Shown here: piece after piece, positions 35,718 to 45,888 of the stretch
Position numbering within the stretch: position 1 is the first letter of the stretch
Layout of the letters: every line of letters starts with the position of its first letter
Notes under the pieces: generated by a model
Databases searched by the model: none
What the model was told of the DNA's origin: nothing
What the model saw: only the letters and a program-made list of their open reading frames with translations
Made by a program: the position numbers and the translations under genes
Source of the DNA: Candidatus Hydrogenedentota bacterium
GTDB taxonomy: Bacteria > Hydrogenedentota > Hydrogenedentia > Hydrogenedentales > SLHB01
Direction of reading: 5' to 3'
NCBI GenBank assembly: GCA_045863335.1
Contig: BTVY01000033.1
Coordinates: 2,094-66,093, forward strand
Length of the DNA: 64,000 bases

Positions 35718-37886
35718 ATGACCGATCCAACCCACGACCGCACACGACCCGACGCGGAACTCCCGTTGACGCGCAAACACCGCCGGCGGGTTCGTCTCGT
35801 TTTTTGGGGATTCCTTATCGCATTCAACTTCATCATCATTCACGTCATTAAACTTCAGGTCTGGCCGGACGAGAAGTTCCTCAAGAACGATGAGGCTCAC
35901 GTCGGAACCGTGCCCCTCACCATTCCACGCGGGCGCATCTACGATCGCGAGGGCCGCATCCTCGCCCGGGACCGGCAGGCGCCGTCGATCTGGGCCGATC
36001 CGCGTTACGTATCCAATCCGTTCGATGCCGCACAGCGCTTGAGCACGAAGCTGAATCTGGACGAGGACGTCGTTCTGGAACGCCTGACGCGTCGAACCGA
36101 AGACGGGCGGAAAATGCAAGACGTGCCGATCAAGCGGTATCTCTCCGAGTCCGAACTCGAGAATCTCGGGGACTTGAATGCCTTCGTCGGCGGTGGTTTG
36201 CGCATCAAGCGCGAACCCCTTCGATACTATCCTGAAGAGATGCTCGCGGCGCATGTCGTGGGCTATGTCAATCGGGAGAACAAGGGGGCGCAGGGAATCG
36301 AACACGCCTACGACTCCTACTTGCGCAGCACGGAAGGCGTGCATCGCGCGCGCAAGGACGCCAACCGCAATCTCCTTGCATCACTGACACTGGAATACGT
36401 GCCGCCCGCGGGGGGTAACGATGTTATCCTGACCATCGACAAACCCATTCAGCACGCCCTGGAACGGGAGCTGATGGCCGTGATGGAACGCTGTCAGGCG
36501 GCCCGCGCGATGGGTCTACTGATGGACCCCAAGACCGGCGCCATACTGGCGCTCGCCTGCATGCCGGCCTTCGACCCGAATGCCTTCTGGGATTACTCGG
36601 ACGAACAACGGAAGAACCGCGCGGTAACGGACGTGTTCGAACCGGGGTCCGCGTTCAAGATCGTCACCGCTTCAGCAGCGCTCGAATTGGGGCTGGTGAC
36701 GCCCGAGACGCTTATCGATTGCGAAGGGGGGCGCTGGAGCGCGTTCGGCCGCCGGGTGATTTCGGACGTCCACAAGATGAACGTGGTTCCGTTCCGGGAA
36801 GTCTTCGCGGAGTCAAGCAACATCGGCATCATCAAAGTCGCGGGCATGATTACGCAGCAAGGCGGCTACCCGCTCCTGGACGAGTGGATCCGCAGGTTCG
36901 GCTTTGGAGAACAAACCAGCCGCGACTTCCAGTTGGAGAGTGGCGGGATCTACGCGCCGGTAAAGACCTGGTCCAAACTGTCTCCCATCTCGTTGCCCAT
37001 GGGCCAGGAGATCGCCGTCACCATGCCCCAACTAGCCCGGGCTTTTGCGGTTATCGCCAACGGCGGTTATCTGGTGGAGCCCCATCTGGTGCGGGAAGTT
37101 GTTGACCGCGAAGGCCGGGAAATCTACCAATACGAACCGGGCGAACGGCCGCGCGTGCTCTCGAAAGAGACCGCGAAGACCATGCAGGAACTGTGCTACG
37201 AAGTGGTCGCCCACGGCACCGGTTCGCGTGCCGCGATTGCCGAATATCGCGCCGGCGGAAAGACCGGGACCGCACAGGTCGCGCGTCCCGACGGTAAAGG
37301 GTACTACGAGGACCAGCACACGGCGGTATTTGCTGGATTCGCACCCATCGCCGACCCGCGGGTTTGCGCCGTGATCGTCGTGCACAACCCCCAGAGCAAG
37401 CCATATTGGGGTGGATATGTTTGCGGGCCCGTGTTCAAGGAGGTCGTTCGGGAAGCCCTTATCCGGCTCGAATGCCCTGAGGACCCCATGGAGGATCTCG
37501 TCGAAGAGGGTACTGTGGAAGAAGGCGACGCGGACATGTTGGTTGCGCGACTTGACGACTCGCAGGGCGAGCCCGCGATTGCCACGCGCAGCGAAGCCGA
37601 CCTCGCTTTCGAGAATGCGGAACTCTTGGCCATGGAAGCGGATCTACCGGATACGACGCCGAGACTCCCCAGTTTTGACGGGCTTACCAAATCGCAGGCC
37701 AAGAATGCCCTTGCTACGCTCGGCCTCTCTTGGGACGCCCAGGGGAGCGGATGGGTGGTCGCCCAGGAGCCGCCCGCCGGTACCCCGCTTGCGGATGTAG
37801 AACGGTGCCGTTTGGTGTTCTCCAACACAAAGCATGACGAGATCGAAGATGAGACTGAAGGACCTACCCAGACTGCTGCACTGTGA
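35718..37886 (+). CDS. ftsI: Peptidoglycan D,D-transpeptidase FtsI (class B PBP) with C-terminal PASTA domain
   Basis: N-terminal TM, PBP dimerisation domain, and a transpeptidase domain with STFK-equivalent (SAFKIV), SSN and KTGTA motifs. C-terminal about 70 aa (SFDGLTKSQAKNALATLGLSWDAQGSGWVVAQEPPAGTPL) look like one PASTA repeat. Confidence 0.85.
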   Translation: MTDPTHDRTRPDAELPLTRKHRRRVRLVFWGFLIAFNFIIIHVIKLQVWPDEKFLKNDEAHVGTVPLTIPRGRIYDREGRILARDRQAPSIWADPRYVSNPFDAAQRLSTKLNLDEDVVLERLTRRTEDGRKMQDVPIKRYLSESELENLGDLNAFVGGGLRIKREPLRYYPEEMLAAHVVGYVNRENKGAQGIEHAYDSYLRSTEGVHRARKDANRNLLASLTLEYVPPAGGNDVILTIDKPIQHALERELMAVMERCQAARAMGLLMDPKTGAILALACMPAFDPNAFWDYSDEQRKNRAVTDVFEPGSAFKIVTASAALELGLVTPETLIDCEGGRWSAFGRRVISDVHKMNVVPFREVFAESSNIGIIKVAGMITQQGGYPLLDEWIRRFGFGEQTSRDFQLESGGIYAPVKTWSKLSPISLPMGQEIAVTMPQLARAFAVIANGGYLVEPHLVREVVDREGREIYQYEPGERPRVLSKETAKTMQELCYEVVAHGTGSRAAIAEYRAGGKTGTAQVARPDGKGYYEDQHTAVFAGFAPIADPRVCAVIVVHNPQSKPYWGGYVCGPVFKEVVREALIRLECPEDPMEDLVEEGTVEEGDADMLVARLDDSQGEPAIATRSEADLAFENAELLAMEADLPDTTPRLPSFDGLTKSQAKNALATLGLSWDAQGSGWVVAQEPPAGTPLADVERCRLVFSNTKHDEIEDETEGPTQTAAL

Positions 37887-39312
37887 AGAGCGCCTGGTCC
37901 GCGACGTTGCGGTTACGTCGATTACGGAAGACTCCCGGCGCGTCACGGCCGGCTCGGTTTTTGTCGCAGTTTCCGGCGAGCATCAGGACGGCCATGATTT
38001 TGCGTCCGCCGCCGTTGAAGCGGGCGCGATTGCCGTCATTGGGAACCGGCTGCGAACAGCGGAGTGGAGCGGCGTTCCTTACTTCCACCACGATCAACCG
38101 CGCAAAGCGCTGGGAATTGTCGCGCATGCCCTCATGGGCGACCCGACACAAGACATGACCGTCATCGGCGTTACGGGGACCAATGGAAAGTCCAGCACCG
38201 TCCTCCTCACACAACGCATCCTGCGGGACACGGGGCACCGGGCCGCCTGCTTCGGCACCTTGGGTTACGACGTGGGAGGCTCCGTGGCTCCGGCGCCTCA
38301 TACGACGCCGTTTGGCGAGGATCTCGCGGGCCTGTTTCAACGAGCGCGTGTGGCGGGGGACACGCACGCGGTGATGGAAGTCAGTTCACACGCGCTCGAA
38401 CAGGAGCGCGTGGCAGGCATCCGATTCGCGGTTGGCGCATTTACCAACCTCACCCAGGACCACCTCGACTATCACCAGGACATGAACGCCTATCTGCGCG
38501 CCAAACTGATGCTATTCGAGCGAATTGAAGGGGACGGTTGTTTTACGGTCGCGAATGCCGACGACCCCAGCGCGGAAGCCTTCGTCAACGCTTCCCGCGT
38601 TCGTTGCTTCACCTACGGCAAAACTGGCGATTGCCGGGCCGCCAATATCCGCATGGCGGCGTCCGAAACATCCTTTCAACTGGAGACGCCTTGGGGAAAG
38701 GGAGACTGCATAACCGGGTTGGTGGGACGCCACAACGTCAGCAATGCGCTGTGCGCCGCGACCATTTGCGGCGGGCTTGGCATACCGGTCGCGCGCATCT
38801 GTGAAGGGATTTCCGGGTTGAGGAGCGTCCCGGGCCGGTTCGAGCGCATCGAATCGGATCGAGGCTTCCAGGTGGTAGTCGACTACGCGCACACCGATGA
38901 CGGGCTGCGGAACGTCCTGCAAGCGGCGCGCGAGATTTGCGGCGGCAAGGTGATCCTGGTCTTCGGTTGCGGAGGCGACCGGGACAAGGGCAAACGCCCC
39001 AAGATGGGGAAGGTCGCAGCGGAACTCGCCGACTTTTCCTTCGTCACGTCGGACAATCCGCGCACCGAAGATCCCGAACGGATTCTGCTGGACATCGAAG
39101 TCGGCCTTCAGCACGCGGGGCGGCGCAAGTATGATGATTACGTCCTCATTACCGACCGCGCCACGGCCATCCGCGAGGCCATCGCTCGTGCCAAACCCGG
39201 CGACCTCGTCATGATCGCCGGTAAAGGCCACGAGGATTACCAGATTTTGGGAACCAAACGAATTCATTTCGACGACCGCGAGGTCGCGCGCGCGATCCTC
39301 GAGGAGACTTAG
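37849..39312 (+). CDS. murE: UDP-N-acetylmuramoyl-L-alanyl-D-glutamate--2,6-diaminopimelate ligase
   Basis: MRLKDLPRLL start typical of MurE. GVTGTNGKSST P-loop and DNPR motif. 38-nt overlap with the ftsI 3' end. Confidence 0.85.
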   Translation: MRLKDLPRLLHCEERLVRDVAVTSITEDSRRVTAGSVFVAVSGEHQDGHDFASAAVEAGAIAVIGNRLRTAEWSGVPYFHHDQPRKALGIVAHALMGDPTQDMTVIGVTGTNGKSSTVLLTQRILRDTGHRAACFGTLGYDVGGSVAPAPHTTPFGEDLAGLFQRARVAGDTHAVMEVSSHALEQERVAGIRFAVGAFTNLTQDHLDYHQDMNAYLRAKLMLFERIEGDGCFTVANADDPSAEAFVNASRVRCFTYGKTGDCRAANIRMAASETSFQLETPWGKGDCITGLVGRHNVSNALCAATICGGLGIPVARICEGISGLRSVPGRFERIESDRGFQVVVDYAHTDDGLRNVLQAAREICGGKVILVFGCGGDRDKGKRPKMGKVAAELADFSFVTSDNPRTEDPERILLDIEVGLQHAGRRKYDDYVLITDRATAIREAIARAKPGDLVMIAGKGHEDYQILGTKRIHFDDREVARAILEET

Positions 39313-39313
39313 G

Positions 39314-40660
39314 ATGCCGTGGACATACACGATCGATGCATTGGCGTCCCTTCTTGGTATCGAGCCGCAAAAGAACGGCGAAGCAACGTTCTCGTCGATT
39401 TCGACGGACACCCGCACGCTGCAGCCGGGCCAGGTCTTCTTCGCCCTGTCCGGCGAGAATTTTGACGGAAACGATTTCGTGCCGGCGGCCTTCGACCGTG
39501 GCGCGCTTGCCGCCGTAACAACGCGGACCAATGACGCGGGGCCCTGCCTCGTCGTAGATGATCCCCTCAAGGCCTTGCAGTCCTTCGCTTCGGCCCATCG
39601 CGCCAACTACGAACCGCTCGTCTTTGCGATCACGGGATCCTGCGGAAAAACTACTTCGAAGGACTTCATTGCAGCGGTCCTTGGTTCGCGCATGAAGGTG
39701 ATCAAAACGCAAGGCAACCTCAATAACGAGATTGGATGCCCGTTATCTTTGCTCCAGATCGATGAAGATACTGATGCCGCCATAATCGAAATGGGCGCGG
39801 CGAGCCCCGGCAATATTCGCGAGTTGTGTGAGTTAGCCAAACCGACGGAAGCGGCGATTACCCTGGTCGCGCCGGCGCATCTTTCCGGATTCGGCACGAT
39901 TGAGGCAATAGCCGCTACCAAGGCCGAAATTGTCGAAGGTCTCCCCGAGGACGGGACGTTCTACGTCAACGTAGACAACCCCTGGTGCGTGAAAGCCGCC
40001 GGCACCTTCACCGGCACTCGCGTCCGCTACGGCAGTTCCGGAGACGTGGTACTCAAGTCCTGCCGGTTCGACGAATCCGGCGAGATGCTCCTGCACGTCG
40101 ATCCCGTAGGCGAATTGCGGTTGCCGCTGGCGTGCCGCGCCCACGCGAGCAATGTGCTGCTCGCTGTCGCGGTCGGATTGCGCCACGGAATCACGGACTT
40201 TGAAGGCCCCCTTCGCGAAGCGGCCGCCAACCGTAGCCGTTTCACGATTCGCCAAATCGGCGCGCTGCACGTCATCGACGATGCGTACAATGCGAGTCCC
40301 GCGAGTATGGCCGCCGCCCTGGAAGGGCTGTCGGAACGCCCGGGAAACGGCGCCCGAATTGCCGCCCTGGGCGACATGCTGGAACTCGGGCCCCAGTCCG
40401 ACGCGTTACACCGCGAAGTCGGTGAACTGGCGGGCCGTCTCGGGATTCACCGGCTGTTTGCGCAGGGAGACCATGCCTCTGGTATGATCGAGGCCGCGCG
40501 GCTTAGCGGCGTATCCCACGCGGAAGTAATCCAGGACCCCCAGTCCATGGCGGAGGCCATCCAGCAAAGCTCGAAACCGGGGGACATCCTGCTTGTCAAA
40601 GGTTCTCGCGGCATGCGAATGGAGCGTGTCATCGAAGCCCTGGCCGCGTTCGAAACCTAG
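39314..40660 (+). CDS. murF: UDP-N-acetylmuramoyl-tripeptide--D-alanyl-D-alanine ligase
   Basis: ITGSCGKTTSKD P-loop and Mur ligase middle and C-terminal domains. Confidence 0.85.
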   Translation: MPWTYTIDALASLLGIEPQKNGEATFSSISTDTRTLQPGQVFFALSGENFDGNDFVPAAFDRGALAAVTTRTNDAGPCLVVDDPLKALQSFASAHRANYEPLVFAITGSCGKTTSKDFIAAVLGSRMKVIKTQGNLNNEIGCPLSLLQIDEDTDAAIIEMGAASPGNIRELCELAKPTEAAITLVAPAHLSGFGTIEAIAATKAEIVEGLPEDGTFYVNVDNPWCVKAAGTFTGTRVRYGSSGDVVLKSCRFDESGEMLLHVDPVGELRLPLACRAHASNVLLAVAVGLRHGITDFEGPLREAAANRSRFTIRQIGALHVIDDAYNASPASMAAALEGLSERPGNGARIAALGDMLELGPQSDALHREVGELAGRLGIHRLFAQGDHASGMIEAARLSGVSHAEVIQDPQSMAEAIQQSSKPGDILLVKGSRGMRMERVIEALAAFET

Positions 40661-40669
40661 AGGAAATCC

Positions 40670-42154
40670 ATGCTGTACTACCTGGGGCTGCTCTTGCGGT
40701 CCGACGTGTCGCTATTCAACGTGTTCACGTACCATACGGTGCGTGCGGGCGGCGCCGCAGTCACCGCGTTCGCAGTATCCCTGTTGATCGGGCCGACGAT
40801 AATCCGTCTGCTGCGATCGCTCAAAGTGGGCCAGTACATCCGCAGGGAACACGTCGCCGATCTGCACGCCTTGCACAAGAGCAAGGCCGGCACGCCGACC
40901 ATGGGCGGCGCGCTGATCATTCTTGCCGCACTGATCTCGCTCGCGTTCTGGGGGCGTTTCACGAACCGGCTTCTTCTGATGGCGATACTTGCGATGGCGT
41001 TGCTGGGGGCGGTTGGATTCCTCGACGACTACATCAAGCTACGCCGCAAACACAACCAGGGCCTGAGTGCCAAAGCAAAAATGGCCGGGCAACTGATCGT
41101 TGGAATCGGGATGGGGCTGTATCTCGTCTACAGTCCGATTGCCGTCAGCGCCACCTATCTTGCGACGTACGACATTCTGGATTGGGAACGCTTTGGCCAG
41201 TTGCTCCGCAATGCAGACCCCGAGAATGCGCAAACCCCCGCCGACCGCCTCGTCGATTTAATGGCCGAACCGGCGCGGACTTTCGTGCTCGAAGACGGCG
41301 GAAACCAGCCGTGGGGGTACGAAGCCCGGACCAATGTGTTGCACGGCTTGGAAGCGTCGCTGCGGCGGCACGATTTGTACGACCCTCAAGCGTGGACTGG
41401 CGTGGCGCTCACGCCGGAGGCCGAATATCTGCTCGCCGACGGTCCCAGCAATCTCTCCGAACGGGAGTTGCTCCGGCTGAATCGCCTGCTGGTCGAAGCG
41501 GCGCTGCCGGACCTCGTCGCATCGTCGCCGCCGGACATGCACACCAAAGTTGAGATTCCCGGCCTGAAGATGGTCCTCATTCCGATGGGGATTCTCTACG
41601 TCTTCTTTGTATTGATGATCATCGTCGGGTCGTCGAATGCGGTGAACCTGACCGATGGTCTCGATGGCCTCGCTATCGGGGCCTCGATCATTTCGCTGCT
41701 GGCGTACACGGGCATTGCGTACGTGGTCAGTCGCGCCGACTGGTCCCAATACCTCTACTTGATCCACGTGCCCGAGGCCAGCGAACTGACCGTGTTCGGC
41801 GGCGCCATGTTGGGCGCGGGCCTCGGATTTTTGTGGTTTAATTCGCACCCGGCCGAGGTCTTCATGGGCGATACCGGGTCGCTCGCCCTGGGCGGCGCGT
41901 TGGGGACCATGGCCATTCTGACGAAACAGGAACTGCTCTTGGTCATCGTGGGCGGCCTGTTTGTGGTGGAGGCGCTCAGCGTCATCATCCAGGTCGCGTC
42001 GTTCAAACTGCGGGGCAAGCGGGTTTTCAAGATGGCCCCGCTCCATCATCACTTCGAACTCCTCGGATGGTCCGAAAGCAAAGTGACGGTCCGATTCTGG
42101 ATCATCGCGATCGTATTCGCGTTGATGAGTCTCGCAACCTTGAAGCTGCGCTAA
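40670..42154 (+). CDS. mraY: Phospho-N-acetylmuramoyl-pentapeptide-transferase MraY carrying a roughly 135-aa insertion
   Basis: Conserved GTPTMGG, FLDDYIKL, NAVNLTDGLDGLA, FMGDTGSLALGG and PLHHHFE motifs. 494 aa versus about 360 typical, with extra residues about 160-298 between the DD loop region and the NAVNLTDG motif. Confidence 0.9.
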   Translation: MLYYLGLLLRSDVSLFNVFTYHTVRAGGAAVTAFAVSLLIGPTIIRLLRSLKVGQYIRREHVADLHALHKSKAGTPTMGGALIILAALISLAFWGRFTNRLLLMAILAMALLGAVGFLDDYIKLRRKHNQGLSAKAKMAGQLIVGIGMGLYLVYSPIAVSATYLATYDILDWERFGQLLRNADPENAQTPADRLVDLMAEPARTFVLEDGGNQPWGYEARTNVLHGLEASLRRHDLYDPQAWTGVALTPEAEYLLADGPSNLSERELLRLNRLLVEAALPDLVASSPPDMHTKVEIPGLKMVLIPMGILYVFFVLMIIVGSSNAVNLTDGLDGLAIGASIISLLAYTGIAYVVSRADWSQYLYLIHVPEASELTVFGGAMLGAGLGFLWFNSHPAEVFMGDTGSLALGGALGTMAILTKQELLLVIVGGLFVVEALSVIIQVASFKLRGKRVFKMAPLHHHFELLGWSESKVTVRFWIIAIVFALMSLATLKLR

Positions 42155-42156
42155 CG

Positions 42157-43509
42157 ATGGAACTTCGCGGGAAAAAAGTCACGGTTGTCGGCATGGGGCG
42201 AACCGCCATGTCCGTCGTCAAGCTCCTGCTCCGGGAAGGCGCGGAACCGTTTGTGACCGACAGCAATCAGGCTGAGCGCCTCGAAGGCCAGACGGCCGAA
42301 CTGCGCGCATTGGGTGTTGCCTACGAATGCGGAGGACACACCTCAGACGCCTTTTCCGGCGCGACCTGGGTCCTGCCCAGTCCGGGGGTGTCGCCAAGAC
42401 TCGATTGCATCCAGCAAGCGCTTGCAGGCGGAGCCTGGCTCATCGGTGAACTCGAGTTGGCGTCGTGGTTCAATACGGCGCCCGTTCTGGCGGTAACCGG
42501 CACCAACGGCAAGACAACGACGACCGAACTGCTCCGCGCACTCGTAGCAGGATGTGGTCACGATGTCGTGCTTGCGGGGAATAACGACACCCCTTTTTCC
42601 AGCGTCGTGCTTTCCGAACAGAGACCCGACTACGTCGTGCTCGAGGCAAGCAGTTACCAGACGGAACTCATCCGCAGCTTTCGGCCGTGGATCGCCGCCG
42701 CGCTCAACGTGACGCCGGATCACCTGGCGCGCCACGGAACGCTGGAAGGATACGCGGCAGCCAAGGCGCGCCTCTTCGTCAACCAGATTCCCGGCGACAT
42801 CGCGGTACTCAATGCGGATGACCCGCGCGTTGCGGAGATGGCGGCCGGTGTCGCGTCATCCGTTTATTGGTTCAGCATAGACAGGCACGTTGATCGGGGA
42901 ATGAGCGTATCGGGAGACGACATCCTTTCTGATGGCGAACCGGTTGCACGCGTATCCGATTCATGCTTGCCGGGCCGGCACAACCTGGCCAACGTGCTTG
43001 CCGCGTTGACCATGATGCGGGCCGGCGGCTTCGATTGGCCCAAGACCATCGAGAGCTTGCGCGCGTTTCGTGGTGTCGAACACCGCATCGAGTTGGTGGC
43101 AGAGCGGGGCGGGGTCGCGTATTACAACGATTCCAAATCGACCAACCTCGACAGCTTGCGCGTAGCGCTCGAAAGCTTCAGCCGCCCGATCATCCTGATC
43201 GCCGGCGGCGAGGGCAAAGGCGCGGACTACCGCGTTCTCCGGGATTTGCTCCGGCAGCACGTCAAACACCTCGTCCTTATCGGAGAAGACGCGCCGCTTA
43301 TTGAAGCGGCCTTTGGCGACCTCGTCCCGACGGTCCGTTGTGCCGACATGGATGAGGCGGTTCGGCGCGCCGCGTCGTTGGCGGTGGAGGGCGATATCGT
43401 GCTGCTTTCTCCGGCTTGCGCGAGTTTCGATATGTTCGACAACTACGAGCACCGTGGACGCGTGTTCAAGGAATGCGTCCGCCAACGCGTAGAGGATCTG
43501 GCGCCATGA
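42157..43509 (+). CDS. murD: UDP-N-acetylmuramoylalanine--D-glutamate ligase
   Basis: GKKVTVVGMGRTAMS Rossmann N-terminus and VTGTNGKTTTT P-loop. Start at ATG 42157, 2 nt after the mraY stop. Confidence 0.85.
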   Translation: MELRGKKVTVVGMGRTAMSVVKLLLREGAEPFVTDSNQAERLEGQTAELRALGVAYECGGHTSDAFSGATWVLPSPGVSPRLDCIQQALAGGAWLIGELELASWFNTAPVLAVTGTNGKTTTTELLRALVAGCGHDVVLAGNNDTPFSSVVLSEQRPDYVVLEASSYQTELIRSFRPWIAAALNVTPDHLARHGTLEGYAAAKARLFVNQIPGDIAVLNADDPRVAEMAAGVASSVYWFSIDRHVDRGMSVSGDDILSDGEPVARVSDSCLPGRHNLANVLAALTMMRAGGFDWPKTIESLRAFRGVEHRIELVAERGGVAYYNDSKSTNLDSLRVALESFSRPIILIAGGEGKGADYRVLRDLLRQHVKHLVLIGEDAPLIEAAFGDLVPTVRCADMDEAVRRAASLAVEGDIVLLSPACASFDMFDNYEHRGRVFKECVRQRVEDLAP

Positions 43510-44639
43510 AACGCGAATCGATCTTTGCATTCAACGTCGTTCTGGTACTCGTGTTCATAGGGATGCTCATGGTGTACAGCGCCAGCGCCGTTCGTAGCTA
43601 CAGCCCCGATGGTATGGCCGCGGAGCCGGCTTTCCCTCCTTTCCTGAAGCAGTTTGTTTGCGTGGCGATCGGAATGGCGGGACTGTTCGTGGCCGCCCGT
43701 TTCGACTATCACAACTTCCGGAGCCGAATCGTACTGTGGCCGCTGGTTTTGATTACGCTCGGGCTGTTGATTGCCGTCTTGATTCACGGGGACGCCGTTC
43801 GCGGGGGGCAACGGTGGATTTCCATTTTCGGATTCAGCGTTCAGCCGTCCGAGCTGGCAAAGTCAACCTTGGTCATCTTGCTCGCCGTGAAGCTGTCGGA
43901 GAATCAAGCCATCCTGACCCGCTTCTGGCGTGGGTTCCTACCGCCAATTTTGATCGTTGGATTGTTTGCCGGGCTGGTTCTGCTCGAACAAGATCTGGGG
44001 ACTCCGGTCGTCATGGTTTCGGTAGCCATGCTCATGATTGTGATGGCGGGGGGCCGCTGGGCGCACGTACTGCCGACCTGTCTTCCGGCCGCGGTTGCCG
44101 TATACGCGCTTATCAAAGGCAGCGGCTATCGATCCGATCGGATTGAGGCCTGGTTGGATCCCTGGAAACACCGTTCCGACAAGGGCCTTCAGTTGATCGA
44201 AAGCCTCGCAGGATTTGCGCGCGGCGGTGTCTGGGGCCAGGGACTCGGCGCCAGCGAACAGAAACTGCGGTACCTTCCCGACGCGCATTCGGACTTCATT
44301 TTTGCCGTATGGGCCGAGGAAATGGGGCTCATCGGCAGCGTCGGTCTCGTCGTGCTCTTTCTCCTCTTTGTCATCGTGGCGATCCGTATCGCCGTGTGCG
44401 CACGGGATTTGTTTGGCTCGCTCTTGGCGAGCGGAATCGTCACCTTGATCACCGTCCAGGCATGCTTCAACATGGCGGTGACCACGGGAATGCTGCCGAC
44501 AAAGGGTTTGGCGCTTCCCTTCATCAGCGCTGGCGGCAGCGCGTTAATTGTGAACCTGACGATGGTCGGCATCCTGATCAACGTCGGCGTTCAGGCAGTC
44601 GAAACCGACGACGAGCTGCAACTCGCAGTAGCGAAGTAA
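43506..44639 (+). CDS. ftsW: Peptidoglycan glycosyltransferase FtsW (SEDS family)
   Basis: 10-TM SEDS protein with conserved QPSELAK and HSDFIF and PTKGLALPFISAGGSA motifs. ATGA overlap with murD. Confidence 0.85.
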   Translation: MKRESIFAFNVVLVLVFIGMLMVYSASAVRSYSPDGMAAEPAFPPFLKQFVCVAIGMAGLFVAARFDYHNFRSRIVLWPLVLITLGLLIAVLIHGDAVRGGQRWISIFGFSVQPSELAKSTLVILLAVKLSENQAILTRFWRGFLPPILIVGLFAGLVLLEQDLGTPVVMVSVAMLMIVMAGGRWAHVLPTCLPAAVAVYALIKGSGYRSDRIEAWLDPWKHRSDKGLQLIESLAGFARGGVWGQGLGASEQKLRYLPDAHSDFIFAVWAEEMGLIGSVGLVVLFLLFVIVAIRIAVCARDLFGSLLASGIVTLITVQACFNMAVTTGMLPTKGLALPFISAGGSALIVNLTMVGILINVGVQAVETDDELQLAVAK

Positions 44640-44679
44640 TGCCATCGCCGGTCGTGGCAAACATTTCCCAGGCGGTACT

Positions 44680-45798
44680 ATGCGCATCATGATTGCAGGT
44701 GGCGGGACAGGCGGGCACACTTCCCCCGCGCGGGCCATACTCGAGGAGATCCACAACCGCGATTCACTTCTGGTCGCGCAGTGGGTTGGATGTCGGGGGT
44801 CAATCGAAGAGCGCGTCAGCGCGGCCATGGCCATCCCCTTCCGCAGCCTTTCTGTGGAAGGTTGGCCCCGCAGGCGCACTCCCCGCCGGCTCTGGGTCGC
44901 CCTGAAACTGGTTTGGTCGGTTTTTCGCGCGTGGACCTATCTTCGCAAGTTCCGGCCCCAGGTGGTCGTGGGCGTGGGCGGCTACGTTTCGCTGCCGCTC
45001 CTGTGGGCTGCCCAACGCATGGGCATTCCCACTGTCATTCACGAACAGAACCGGCTGCTCGGTGTCGCCAACCGCTTGCTTGCCGCTCGGGCGACCCGGG
45101 TCTTGCTCAGCTTCCCCGAAACCAAGGGGACCTATCCTCCAGAGAGGACCCGAGTCGTCGGCAACCCGGTGCGCGCGGCCTTTGAATCGCCCCCTGATGC
45201 CGGCACGGCGCGCGAATCTTTTGGTTTGGACCCCGCGGTGCCGGTTGTCCTCGTGTGCGGCGGGAGCCAGGGTGCCCGGCGCATCAACGAGGCCGTGGCG
45301 CAGGCCGTAATGCGATTCGGTGCCGGTGAGGCGCAGTTCATATGGATGACCGGGCAAGCGGACGCCGCCATGGGCCGCGAGATCGCGGAGAAGGCGCCGG
45401 TCAAGACTCATGTATTTCCCTTCATTGACGACATGGCCGGCGCATGCGCCGCGGCGGATATTATCGTGAGCCGCGCAGGCGCATCGACCACCGCGGAAAT
45501 CGCCATGCTCGGTAAACCTTCCATATTGGTTCCATATCCGCATGCGACGGACAATCACCAGTGGCACAACGCCCAATCCTTCGTCAACGCAGGCGCGGCG
45601 GTGTTGCTGGAGGACTCAGACTGCACCGCGGACAGGTTGACCGTCGCGATACGGGATTTCCTCAGCCGTCCGGCTCAGTTGGAGCGTATGGGTGCAGCCG
45701 CCCGAACCCTGGCGAATCCGCGCGCCACGGACGCGATAGTGGAGGAGATCCTGGGACTCGTCTTCGGGGGGGAGCCTCGCGATCGGGTGTCTGTATAG
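44680..45798 (+). CDS. murG: Undecaprenyldiphospho-muramoylpentapeptide beta-N-acetylglucosaminyltransferase
   Basis: MRIMIAGGGTGGHTSPA N-terminus (GGTGGH) and GT28 C-terminal domain. Confidence 0.85.
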   Translation: MRIMIAGGGTGGHTSPARAILEEIHNRDSLLVAQWVGCRGSIEERVSAAMAIPFRSLSVEGWPRRRTPRRLWVALKLVWSVFRAWTYLRKFRPQVVVGVGGYVSLPLLWAAQRMGIPTVIHEQNRLLGVANRLLAARATRVLLSFPETKGTYPPERTRVVGNPVRAAFESPPDAGTARESFGLDPAVPVVLVCGGSQGARRINEAVAQAVMRFGAGEAQFIWMTGQADAAMGREIAEKAPVKTHVFPFIDDMAGACAAADIIVSRAGASTTAEIAMLGKPSILVPYPHATDNHQWHNAQSFVNAGAAVLLEDSDCTADRLTVAIRDFLSRPAQLERMGAAARTLANPRATDAIVEEILGLVFGGEPRDRVSV

Positions 45799-45888
45799 CT
45801 CCGCGTTGCGACGCCCGATTCGGACAAATTGACACTCGCCATCTCGACTGATAGATTTCGCCCGTGGCAAGGGGTGATTGAGGGAAGC

